The notes: generated by a model from the letters alone, not told the origin. A DNA stretch of 64,000 nucleotides from Histomonas meleagridis 2922-C6/04-290x (GCA_020184695.1 JAANOX010000061.1:124001-188000), one strand, 5' to 3'; positions 42,648-53,726 are shown, counted from the stretch's first letter. Numbers and translations: made by a program.

Positions 42648-44264
42648 TTATTTTTTGCTTCTTCTTTTAACAAGTGCAACAATTATAACCACTGCAATAA
42701 CAACTATAACTAACACAGTTACAACTAATCCGATTATTGTTCCTGTTTTATCAGGTTCAATCCAAGGTTCTGTTGCGTTTAAGTTATTCTTAAAATATTT
42801 TAATAAAATTTCTTTTCTTTTTGTTGTTTCCACTCTTGGCCCATTAATCCATTCATGTTCCACGCTCCAACCATTCCATTCTCTAAATGCATGATAAGTC
42901 CAATCCCAATTTCTTTCTTCGGCAATCTTTATTACATCTTCAATATAATCTTCAGCGCCTTTAGCCCATAAAATCGCAGAAAACTCGCCCATGAATATTT
43001 TAGCATTATGTGCTTTTTGAAAGTCAATTAATGTTTTATAATAATTTTCTATTGCCGATTTATTATAATAAGTCCCATCAAAAGAACCAGGATAAGAACC
43101 AGAATTGTTTGGACATGATTCCAAAACTCCTTGATGAGTAAATTTATGAGGAATATAAATATGTATTGAATAAAATATATCTTTTAATGGAAGCGCATAA
43201 TAAATATAACGATATGCATCTGATTGAAAATTAAATTCAATAATAATTGGTGTATATGGATCTATTTCTCGAATGATTTTAGCTACTTGATATTGACTTT
43301 GTAAATAATCAATAAATGCATTACTGTTATGAGATGGTTCATTAATTAAATCATATGCCCATAACATTTTACAATCTTTAAAGCGTGTCGCAATTGTTTT
43401 CCATATTTCGATATATAAATTATGAAATGTTTCATTCTCATACATTATATTGCCTCCAGATCTGCCTCCTGGTGATTGGTGCATATCAATAACGATCCAT
43501 ATCTTTAATTCTTCGGCCTTTTGAAATACAAGTTCAAGTTCATCAAGTTTATAATTAATCCATTCATTGTATTGAGTAAGGTTATTATAATCGCCTTCAT
43601 ATGATGTAAGTTGCCATCGGAAAATATTTCCATTCCAACTTTTAAAATCTTCAAAGTCTTCTTCTTTAAACTTAGTTGGTGACATAGCACCACGAGCTCT
43701 ACTACGTGATAAAACGCGTTGAGTATATTCACATTGATAATCAATTGTTGACAAAAATTCAGGTTCAATTGTCTTGACAACTTCAAATGTCATGTTACTA
43801 AAATAAACAGTCCCTGTAGAGTCTTGGAGACCGAGGAACATATTACCGGCTGAAACATTGTCCATTGCATATGTGGTGACTTTGTATGTAACTTCAGTCC
43901 AAGGATGTGTACCAGATATAATAGTGCTTTGACCAGGATATACAGTTTGATTGTTTTTTTTATAAGAGTACATGAGCTTGACGCCATTCCAACTATCTTT
44001 TGGCGGTGAAACATTTTCGGAAGCTATCCATGCAGTCACAATTAGAGTACGTTTTGCAAAATGATCAGCAGTAAAATTATAACTCGCTCCATGAGTATAC
44101 AGCTTTGTAGATTCATCGGTCCATTGAACTTTTAGGCATGATCGCCCGTTATATTGTGTAAGTTCTGCATAATTTGGAATATTTGAAAAATATCGATCTG
44201 ACGTAAAATCTTCAACACGGACAACTTCTGAGTGAACAAGAAATAAAAGGTTCCAGAAGCACAT
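42648..44264 (-). CDS. Glycoside hydrolase family 5 with an N-terminal CBM-like domain and a C-terminal TM anchor
   Basis: Signal-like N-terminus, WIVIDMH, AYDLINEP (acid/base Glu), HIYIPH, IFMGEFS (nucleophile Glu), WTYHAFREW, and a hydrophobic anchor followed by KRRSKK. ATG at 44264. Confidence 0.9.
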   Translation of the reverse strand: MCFWNLLFLVHSEVVRVEDFTSDRYFSNIPNYAELTQYNGRSCLKVQWTDESTKLYTHGASYNFTADHFAKRTLIVTAWIASENVSPPKDSWNGVKLMYSYKKNNQTVYPGQSTIISGTHPWTEVTYKVTTYAMDNVSAGNMFLGLQDSTGTVYFSNMTFEVVKTIEPEFLSTIDYQCEYTQRVLSRSRARGAMSPTKFKEEDFEDFKSWNGNIFRWQLTSYEGDYNNLTQYNEWINYKLDELELVFQKAEELKIWIVIDMHQSPGGRSGGNIMYENETFHNLYIEIWKTIATRFKDCKMLWAYDLINEPSHNSNAFIDYLQSQYQVAKIIREIDPYTPIIIEFNFQSDAYRYIYYALPLKDIFYSIHIYIPHKFTHQGVLESCPNNSGSYPGSFDGTYYNKSAIENYYKTLIDFQKAHNAKIFMGEFSAILWAKGAEDYIEDVIKIAEERNWDWTYHAFREWNGWSVEHEWINGPRVETTKRKEILLKYFKNNLNATEPWIEPDKTGTIIGLVVTVLVIVVIAVVIIVALVKRRSKK

Positions 44265-44659
44265 CAAATTTTGGCTGGATTTCTAAAAAAAAAATTAAGT
44301 TACAGCCGCCCCATAATTTGAATGAACAAAGTTTTGGATGCACAAAATGATAACTTTACACTGTTTGAAACGTTCTTTTAAAGTCAGAAAGTCACTTCTT
44401 TCGAACATTTTTCAAAAAATTCCTGAGTCACAAATCGGTTTATTGGTTACTTCTGGGATGTGATTTAGCTTATTAGGGTTCATATAAATTTCACATGTTG
44501 GAAAATCTTTAGTTATTTTATTCGAACATTTCCGCAAAAAAAAATATCTCAAATTTAATCTGATTGATCACTCAACATCATTATTGATTGAATTGAAACA
44601 TTTGTAGAAGAAGATGCTCATGCTAAAACAGAAAACTTTACATTAATATTTATATTTAC

Positions 44660-45517
44660 TCAACGATGATCGTCTTTCTTAGGTGTTCTATATTTATAAG
44701 TTTTTTGTGGAGTTGGTGCGTTTGGATCTGTAAGCTTCATTCCTCCAAATACATTTGTTTCGAGTTGTTTGAATGTCATGTCAATTCTTGGTCCAATTTC
44801 CTGGAGGTGGATTGCTCTTTGCCTTTTTTCCTTTGGCGCGTTCCTTAAGCTTTCCATGAAATAGTCTTCGATTGACTCGTACATACTCAAATCTGGTATT
44901 TTTCCTCTGTCAAGCCTCTGGAGAGGATCACTAATCTGAAGATCTCTTTGTGTAACTTTGTAATGACGAAGTGAAATAACACCATCAGGGTCTTTAGAAG
45001 CGAGAACAACTCTTTTCATTAATTTCAAGTTACATTGGCCGAGTTTGATTGAAGGAAACATTCCTTGGAACATGGAAACAATGACTTGGTCTTGGTCGCT
45101 ATCAGTAAATCCTTCACACACGAGAAATGATTCTGATCTTTCCTTTTTGTTGAAATTAGCTGAGTCTGGATATGCTTGATGTACATCACCAATGGTGGCG
45201 TACTTTTGTACGTCAAAATAGACAGTGGGACCGCGAGGAAATCTGGTTATTGCAAATGTAGTTTTATCTAATTTACAACGAAGGAGAATTAACATTTTGG
45301 CGCCAATAAGGGAAGAAGCTTCTGTGAAATCACGAAGCTTATTTTTAGCATGAACTCGCATTTTCATGTAAGTATATGGTGATAGCATTTTTCTTACATC
45401 ATCAACTAAAGCGCGAATTGAAGAGCCAACCTCTCCAAGGTGAATAACCATTGTCATTGTTTCGACTTCTTGTTCTGCTTGTTTTTGTGGATTTGGTTTG
45501 ACCTTTTGTTTTTTCAT
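44660..45517 (-). CDS. PPAN: Brix-domain ribosome biogenesis protein, Peter Pan/Ssf1 family
   Basis: DVRKMLSPYT, RFPRGPT, ISLRHY and LQEIGPRIDM. ATG at 45517. Confidence 0.85.
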   Translation of the reverse strand: MKKQKVKPNPQKQAEQEVETMTMVIHLGEVGSSIRALVDDVRKMLSPYTYMKMRVHAKNKLRDFTEASSLIGAKMLILLRCKLDKTTFAITRFPRGPTVYFDVQKYATIGDVHQAYPDSANFNKKERSESFLVCEGFTDSDQDQVIVSMFQGMFPSIKLGQCNLKLMKRVVLASKDPDGVISLRHYKVTQRDLQISDPLQRLDRGKIPDLSMYESIEDYFMESLRNAPKEKRQRAIHLQEIGPRIDMTFKQLETNVFGGMKLTDPNAPTPQKTYKYRTPKKDDHR

Positions 45518-45603
45518 TTTGTGCCTTTGGTCATTCACAAACAGTTTTTACGGTTTTAAGAGTTTAATATATGTCACTTTTATAATAAACTTTTTTCATC
45601 AAT

Positions 45604-48458
45604 ATGCAAAGCCAAGAAAAGAAATACTTAAATGAAGCACTCCTTATTAAAAACACAGTTTTCAACCTCAATCAAGAAAACGTAGAATCGACAGTTCAAA
45701 AAATTCTATCATTTTTTGATGGAAATAACCCTTTTTCTTTTTGTTTCATTATTTGTAGAATCACCTTTTCTTTTTATTATGCACGCTCATGTGATGTAGA
45801 TATGCTTCTTCATTTTTTGTCTGAGATTGGTAAGCATTTTAACAAAAACAAATTAAACATATTTGAAATTTTTGTGATTACTTTAAAAGCATTTTTTTTA
45901 GTAGATGGCTCAAATTACCTTCTGGAAAGAATGATTGAAGAGAACATTATTTCTTCCAAAGTTATTGAGTCTATTAAATCATTATATTTTATACATTATA
46001 AAGATGAAAACAACATTGAAGAATTACTACAAAGTCAACCACCTGTAGATCCTTTGTATGAAGAAAGGTGTATTAAAGTAATTTGGTCATATCTCGTCAA
46101 AAATTATGAAGAACTATCAAAGAATAATTGGGAATTACATAAGAAGTTAATTAAAGAAGGAGTTAATCCAAATGAAATTGCGAAAATAATTCGAAATGAT
46201 GACATCCAAAAACTTCAAGAAATATCATCACAAACAAACTTTGATTATAATCAAATAATTGAACCATCAATTTATGAAAGATGTGATTTTATTAATCAAG
46301 GAAATGTTACATTAATTGATTATGCAGCATTTTTTGGATCAATAAATTGTTTTAAATATTTACTTATGAATGACGCAAACCCAGAAAACGCAATTAAATA
46401 TGCTGTTGCAGGAGGAAATCTTGAAATTTTTCATCTTTGTGAGCAAAATTGTGGAATTTCTGTAATATTATATGAAAAATCGATTATTTTTCATCGAAAT
46501 GATATATTTTATTATCTTTACAACAAATATGATATCAAAAACATAAAAAATCCACTTGTTTTTATGGATATATGTATTACATATGCTAATTTTGAAGTTC
46601 TTTCATTTTTAATAAAAGAAGGAATGAGAATAAATAAATCATTTATTTGCAAAATTGCGTATATTGGAAATATAAATCTTATTCAAGATTTTATAGAAGG
46701 AAATAATTTCCCTAATTGTATTTTGGTTCCCGCTGCTAAATCAGGAAATAAAGAGCTTGTCAAGTATTTGGTAAGACAAAAATCCATTAATATTAATGCA
46801 AAGTTTTTTAATTATTTTTATTCATGATTTCAAAATATTTTTTGGTATCTATTTGAATAATTCGATACAGCACTTATAATTGTTTCTGAAAATGGTTACA
46901 TTAAAATTGCAAAATTACTTCTTAAGCAAGAAGGAATTGATATAAATGCTAAGGGTATATTTTAGTTTTAATAATTTGATGTTTTAGTTCAACATGTGAT
47001 AATTATTCAAGTTATTTATGACACCTCTTATGTGGACATCAGTAAAAGGTCACACGGAAATAGCTAAATTACTTCTTGAACAAGAACGAATTGATATTAA
47101 TGCTAAAGATAATTATTTGTTTTGTTTAGATTTTATTTTAATAATTTCTTATATCAAAATAATATTTGGAAATTGTTTAAAGTATTTCATACAGCATTTA
47201 TTATTGCATCTATGAGAGGTCATATAGATATAGTTAAATTACTTCTAGAACAAAAAGTAATTGATATTAATGATAAAGATATTCATATATGTTATTTGAT
47301 ATTTATTTTAATAATTTGATATTTAAAAAGTATATTTAAAATTTTTTTAAAATATTTTTTACGGCACTTATGTGGGCATCTTTAGAAGGTCAAACAGAAA
47401 TAGTTAAATTACTTCTTGAACAAAAAGGAATTGATATTAATGTTAAAAACTTTTGTTTGCTTTATTTAAAATTTATTTTAATAATTTGAAATTTTATACT
47501 AACATTTGGAAACGATTTAAATTATTTAAAACAGCACTTATTTTAGCATCTAATTATGGTAGAACAAAAATAGTTAAATTACTTCTTGAACAAGAAGGAA
47601 TTGATATTAATGCTAAAGATATTTATTTGTTTTGTTTAGATTTTATTTTAATGATTTGCTATTTCAAAATAATATTTGGAAATTATTTAAATTATTTTGG
47701 ACATCTATTATGAATGCATCTTATAATGGTTATACAGAAATAGTTAAATTACTTCTTAAACAAAAAAGAATTGATATTAATGCTAAAGATAATTATATAT
47801 TTTATTTAAAATTTGCATCAATAATTTTCTATTTCATTATAATATTTGGAAATTATTTAGCTTATTTGTGACAGCTCTTATGTATGCTGCTGTAAGAGGT
47901 CAAGTAGAAGTAGCTAAATTACTTCTTGAACAAAAGGGAATTGATATCAATGCTAAAGATAAAATTTATTTGTTTTATTTAGAATTTATTTTAATAATTT
48001 TATATATCAAAATAATATTTGAAACTTATTTAAAATATTTAATACAGCACTTATTTTAGCATCTGATAATGGTTATACAGAAATAGTTCAATTACTTCTT
48101 GAACAAGAAGGAATTGATATCAATGCTAAAAATATTTATTTATTTTGTTTATGATTTAATTTAATAATTTGGTATTTCAAAATTATATTTGGAAACTATT
48201 TAAATTATTTGTTACAGCACTTATGTATGCATCTGCAAGTGGCGAAACAGAAGTAGTGCAACTACTTCTTAAACAAAAAGGAATTGATGTTAATGCTAAA
48301 GATATTTATTTGTTTTACTTAAAATTCATATTAATAATTTAGAAATTCAAAATAATATTTGGAAATTATTTAAATTATTTCTTACAGCACTTGATTATGC
48401 ATCTGATGAAGGTTATAAGAGAATATTTCTATTACTTCTTAAATATAGGGACCTCTAG
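45604..48458 (+). CDS. Second DUF3447-type ankyrin-repeat protein split by 10 non-canonical inserts
   Basis: The N-terminal ORF (TLIDYAAFFGSINCFKYLL...AVAGGNLEIF) runs to INAK at 46803. Nine stop-free 90-nt modules follow, then a terminal module TALDYASDEGYKRIFLLLLKYRDL* ending at 48458. Continuity is inferred. Confidence 0.7.
46804..48383 (+). repeat. Tandem array of ankyrin module plus insert
   Basis: Inserts: 46804-46866 (63 nt counted from the Lys codon), 46957-47020 (64 nt), 47961-48043 (83 nt). 80-nt inserts: 47111-47190, 47281-47360, 47451-47530, 47621-47700, 47791-47870, 48134-48213, 48304-48383. Confidence 0.95.
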
Positions 48459-48890
48459 ATTTTCACTCAATAAGAGAAAAAAGTTTTTATTGATTAAAAG
48501 GAACCACGGCAGAATGTCATCCGTAAAGTTATTTTAATGAAATATTTTATGAATAAATTCCTCATAATAAATTTAAATTTTCATTAAAATTGAAGAAAAT
48601 CAATAAATATTGAATAAAAAAGCAATTTTTTTCACATGAGTAATTTAGTATCTCTAATATATTATTCAATTTTGTTGCACCATAATTAAAATATTTTTCC
48701 AATAAATATATAACACTCATGAAGATATAATATTAACAAAATATATAAAATTAAAAATATTTTTCATATGAGAAATTTATCAAAAAGTTCCATCGGTTTC
48801 CTTTGACACGAAAAATTTTTTTTCTCTTTGCACATATAAATCATTTTTAGCAATTAATATTTCAGCCTCAAAAATAATTCCAAAAACTTT

Positions 48891-51677
48891 TTACTCGTCG
48901 TGCATATTTAACTTCATCATAAGCCCATCGACTCTTTCTTCTATTTTATTCAAGTCGTTATCCATGAACGATCCCTGCAGTACCATGTTCAGCGTTTCTT
49001 GCGGGTCATCTGTTGTGTCCAACAAAGCGAAGATGTCGTTTTGCATCTTTGCCTGGTTTATGGAGTTCATTGAGTTTTGTGCGTTGTTCAAGTGCATCTC
49101 CTTACAGATCGGACATACGTAAGGCTCGTCGCCCAAACATCCGATGTGGAACGAATGTCCGCATAAGAAATGTCGCGAAGGCCGATCGATCTTCACTTTA
49201 CATATTCGACACATATCAGGCCGTATCATGAAGTAATCATTTTCCATTTGCGATATATCGGAATTTATTTCGTTGAGTTCTTCGTCGAGTTTTTTCAATG
49301 TATCAGTTTTATCATTAATATCTTTTTGTAGTTTAATGATATCATTCATTATATATTTCGAAATGAATCCATAATATACTTTCGATGTGGTAACATTTTT
49401 CTCTAAGATATGTAATATCGAATATATTGGAATTATGTTCTTTTCAACTATAGTTTTGATTAATGTTTCAATGATATTTAAGTTTTGCTCTTTGGAAGTA
49501 ACTGCCTTTAATAAGCATTCTTGATATAGATATGGATCTCTATCCCCAAATCGTTCGCAGATTTTCGGATATTCCGTGACATCGGAAATTAATATTAACT
49601 CGTAAAACAATCCGCGATGTTCATAGATAACCTTTAAGCCTTCAGTGATGTCTTTAAGTCGTCGTTCGACATCATTAATATCAATGTTTATGTTTTGCAC
49701 GTTCTTCTTTTGAAGTTTAATGTATTCGTTCTTCATCTTCTCTAATGCTAAATGTTCTTCACGTATAATAATCAATGCTTGTTCATCAGAATACTTCGCT
49801 TTCGGATGCAATAAAATCGAAGTAAGTTTCGACGTGTTCGCTTTAAGTGAACATGAAATATAATCATTCCAAATAGTTCGGCTCATTTTATCTGCGTCAA
49901 TTTCAACTAAGCGATTAATGAACTCGATGTAATATTGCGGATATACGATGAACACCGGAGAAAATGACGCTGCTTTGCACATGCGTTGTGGATCATCATT
50001 AACACCACGTGTACAAGCGCTAACTAAGAAATTGATGAATCCATTTCGCGCTTCTTCTTCTAACGTTTCTAAGATTAATGGGCCATGTTCCAACACAACT
50101 TTCTCGATTTTGTTCGGTGGCATATTAACTAAATGATCAACAATTAATTGAACTTTATGCGCTTCAGCTAATAACTTAATATATGTTTCATGACTGTTGT
50201 TAACTTTCGCTAACTCTAACGCTAAGTCATCAAAGTTCGCATTGTCTAATGCTTCAATCGCAGCTTCAACATCATACGGAGGCTCAATTCCTTTGCGTTG
50301 ACATTCGGCTGCTAAATCAATTTTTTCTTGAATAGTTTTCATACGCTTTAACTTAATGTAACAACCAAATAACAAATTGGTGTGAAGCTTATGCGATTCT
50401 TCATTAGCCGTTTTGTTGCCGTGTTCTTGTAACGCTTCGAGATATTCGATTAAATATGTCGCAAATTGAGGATCTAAAAATTTCTTAATGACATATGATG
50501 GTTCGAGGTAACCAATGGCTTCTATGTATTCATGAATGGCTTCTTGGTAATTACGCTTCTCATAAAAAGAATCACCTTTGTTATGATGAATTATCGGGAT
50601 GACGGTTGGACTAAGATCATCTTGATTCGCTTGGGCCAATTTAAAGGCTACGTCATATTGGTTATATTTTTGGCAAAGTTGGAGAACTTTGGTTTCAATA
50701 TCGGGCTCATTTAATAATGCAATTTTGCCATCATCAAGAATCAAGGTAAGTGAGCCCCATTCGTTCAGGAGATAGCATACTTTGATTCCAAGATGGCTAA
50801 CACCGAAAATACAATGGATTTTCGGATCATATATTTTCAGTGAATTTGTTGGTTTGTCGGTTTGGACAATGGAAACAATGTACTGACGGAACCTGAAAAG
50901 CTTCATGGGTTTGACATCAAGAACTATGTCCTCGTTAAGTAATCTTCCTTTTGATGAATATATTGATACAACATTCTTACGACAAAGATAGAGATTTCCA
51001 TTCTCTCCAATAAAAGCTGTTTTCTCTCCAGGCTCAGGAGTATAACCAATTGCATCAATTTGACTATATTTGAGTTTTCCATTATTGAGACCAAAACAGT
51101 TGATAGTTTGTACAGTTGGGACAAATATGAAGGAAATTGGTTTCCTGTTCTTGTCGAGACCTGAGCTAAAGAATATTCCTGTGATTTCAGAATCCATATC
51201 AAAGGTTTGTGGTTTAAGTGTAAGCTTTTGAACTTTATCAGTATCTTTGTTGGGGAATGTATAAACAGTAAGTGTTTTCTTGTTTAACGTAAAGGCTACT
51301 TTTGTTAAATCTCCTGAGCATGAGATAAATGGTATCTCAGTTGTACCTTCAGTACTTATAGTAAGTTCATACATTGGTGAAAATAAAAGTGCATTACAAA
51401 TTGTAAATACATAGGAATCTTCAGATTTGCTAACAATGAGAATTTTTGAAGAATCTGATGAAACTTGAAGGAAAAGAATTGGTCCAGTTGTTTCAAAGTC
51501 GGATTGAATAATATCTGGAGGATCAATTGAAGCAAGAACATGAATATGACCATCATTTGTACCAAACATTACCTGGCTAAAATCAGAAGAAACACATGTG
51601 ATTTCCATTGTCTGGAGTTCAGGGATTTCTGGTACATCTTTTTGCTGAAAGAAGTGATAAGTTTTCCAGGGTTGCAT
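48891..51677 (-). CDS. VPS11: Vacuolar protein sorting 11 (HOPS/CORVET subunit)
   Basis: N-terminal beta-propeller, LEPSYVIKKFLD, a clathrin-like repeat region and a C-terminal RING (CRIC...FLCGHSFHIGCL...CPIC). Confidence 0.93.
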   Translation of the reverse strand: MQPWKTYHFFQQKDVPEIPELQTMEITCVSSDFSQVMFGTNDGHIHVLASIDPPDIIQSDFETTGPILFLQVSSDSSKILIVSKSEDSYVFTICNALLFSPMYELTISTEGTTEIPFISCSGDLTKVAFTLNKKTLTVYTFPNKDTDKVQKLTLKPQTFDMDSEITGIFFSSGLDKNRKPISFIFVPTVQTINCFGLNNGKLKYSQIDAIGYTPEPGEKTAFIGENGNLYLCRKNVVSIYSSKGRLLNEDIVLDVKPMKLFRFRQYIVSIVQTDKPTNSLKIYDPKIHCIFGVSHLGIKVCYLLNEWGSLTLILDDGKIALLNEPDIETKVLQLCQKYNQYDVAFKLAQANQDDLSPTVIPIIHHNKGDSFYEKRNYQEAIHEYIEAIGYLEPSYVIKKFLDPQFATYLIEYLEALQEHGNKTANEESHKLHTNLLFGCYIKLKRMKTIQEKIDLAAECQRKGIEPPYDVEAAIEALDNANFDDLALELAKVNNSHETYIKLLAEAHKVQLIVDHLVNMPPNKIEKVVLEHGPLILETLEEEARNGFINFLVSACTRGVNDDPQRMCKAASFSPVFIVYPQYYIEFINRLVEIDADKMSRTIWNDYISCSLKANTSKLTSILLHPKAKYSDEQALIIIREEHLALEKMKNEYIKLQKKNVQNINIDINDVERRLKDITEGLKVIYEHRGLFYELILISDVTEYPKICERFGDRDPYLYQECLLKAVTSKEQNLNIIETLIKTIVEKNIIPIYSILHILEKNVTTSKVYYGFISKYIMNDIIKLQKDINDKTDTLKKLDEELNEINSDISQMENDYFMIRPDMCRICKVKIDRPSRHFLCGHSFHIGCLGDEPYVCPICKEMHLNNAQNSMNSINQAKMQNDIFALLDTTDDPQETLNMVLQGSFMDNDLNKIEERVDGLMMKLNMHDE

Positions 51678-52076
51678 TTTTGGAAGTAACGGTTACTGGA
51701 AAATTGCTAACTTGAGGTGCCCCAAAATGTTTCACATCATTTTATAGCAAAATAAAAAAATAGAGCCGTAAATGATCATTCTAATCAACTTACCCTTATA
51801 GCAAGGATAATTTTATATCAAATTTGAATTTTTGAATAGTTGATAAATTATTTTCAAGATGCTCAATTAATAATTCAAACCATTATTCATATGTTATTTG
51901 AACAAGAAATTAATAAGTTTGATTTTTTAAGTATATAGATTGATCAAACATTTAGGGGAATTGAGTAACGTTTAAGTCATGTGAGATGGAGCTGTCGTTT
52001 TTATCGTTTCAAAGAAAAATTGAATCCAAAAATAGCCAATAAACAGGGTACCCTAGATGTCCTATTTTCGGAGTGG

Positions 52077-53726
52077 ATGAATGTCTCAGTTCCTTATGGA
52101 GATTATAATATGTTAGGAACTATTGGAACTGGTTCAACAGGTAAAGTAAAATTAGCAGAACATAAGGTAACTGGAGCTAAGGTTGCAATAAAAATAATTA
52201 AAAAGGCAAAATTTAACCAACAGCCAGATCTCGAAAAGAAGATTAAACACGAGATTGCAATTATGAAGCTGTTTGATAATTCACATTTATTGCAATTCAT
52301 TAATGTTTGTGAAAGCAAATCACATTTATTCATTATTACTGAATATGCTCCTAACAAAGAGCTTTTTGATTATCTTGTTGAAAGAGGTAATTTGGAAGTA
52401 TCTGAAGCAATGAAATTCTTCAGACAAATAATTTATGGACTTGAATTTCTTCACGATCATTCAATTTGCCATTGCAATCTAAAACCCGAAAATATACTTC
52501 TTGATGAACATAATAACGTAAAAATCAGTGATTTTGGTTTTGCTAGATGGATAAAAACCAAAATCACTGGAACATTTTGTGGTTCTCCTCATTATCTTTC
52601 ACCAGAAGTTCTTAAACGGAAACCCTATGATGGGCGTAAGTTAGATATTTGGAGTTCTGGTGTAATTCTTTATGCTCTCTTAGTAGTATGTTTTTTTTTG
52701 CTTCATCACAAACGATAGAAAACGATAGATATGTGATATGGCCAAAAAACAACACAAAAAGTCACAAACGATCAAGTCGTTTTCCTATCGTTTGCGGGAA
52801 GCAATTTTTAAGGATTTACTAACACATAGGGTCGATTACCATTTGAAGACACATCACTCCATAACTTGCTTCATAAAATAGTTTCATGTGAGTATGAAAT
52901 CCCACAAAATCTTCCAGATGATGTCAAAGATCTTATCTCGAAGATTTTAACAGAAGATCCTGCGAAAAGGATAACTCTCAAGGAGATAAAAGCACACCCA
53001 GCGTTCCGTAGAGATATTCCAGAATCATATACTTTACCTTCACCTCTACCAATTCCAACACTTACAAATCCTATTGATCCAGCTTCACTAGACAAGGAAA
53101 CCATAGATATTTTACATCAACTTGGGATGACAAGTGATGAAGAATTATCACGAGAACTTCTTTCTGATCAAAGTACCATGTCCAAAGTCTTCGTTACAAT
53201 GCTTACGAACCGGCTTTCCTTTGATAACCTCCCGTGGTCCCTTCGTAACACAGATGAGATCGAACAAGATTTCGAGGCATCAGAAATAACCGTCGAAGAT
53301 CAGATGGGACTTGATGTGACATCGTCAGCTTCGCTCCACACATCAGATCCCTTTTATAGAAACCACAAACATACGTCACAATGTTCACCAGAGTTTTATT
53401 CTGTTATTGAACAATCTTTTTTACCAGAAGAAGCTCCTTCAATACAATGTAATGAACATTATACGATCAAAGAAATTCGAGTTTCAATCGAATCTTTGAT
53501 GTGCGCTGTTCAGTTGTATTTAAATAGAAATGGTTTCGCGTGGTTTTATCCTGATGAAACAAAAATAATGACAAGAAAGGAGTCGGTACTAGATTTGATT
53601 CTCCAGGCCGATTATGATATTGATGATTCATTAAAGCTAACAGTAAGCTTAATAGCAGGTGGGCAAGATGAATTTTACGGATTCGTCGAAAAAATTCAAT
53701 CAGTCATTGAAGGAATTATTTTGTGA
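52077..53726 (+). CDS. CAMK/SNF1-BRSK-like protein kinase, two exons (52077-52685, 52830-53726), predicted catalytically impaired
   Basis: GTGSTG, VAIK, DFG and GSPHYLSPE motifs. Splicing restores ...ALLV|GRLPFED. The catalytic loop reads HCNLKPEN. Confidence 0.9.
52686..52829 (+). other. Canonical parabasalid spliceosomal intron, 144 nt
   Basis: 5' GTATGT and 3' fused branch point/acceptor TACTAACACATAG. Removal joins the two kinase ORFs in frame. Confidence 0.93.

Noticed and set aside
47111-48383. Sequencing or homopolymer error as the cause of the frame breaks
   Set aside because: The 80-nt length recurs exactly in 15 copies on both strands, while neighbouring long AT-rich ORFs are error-free.
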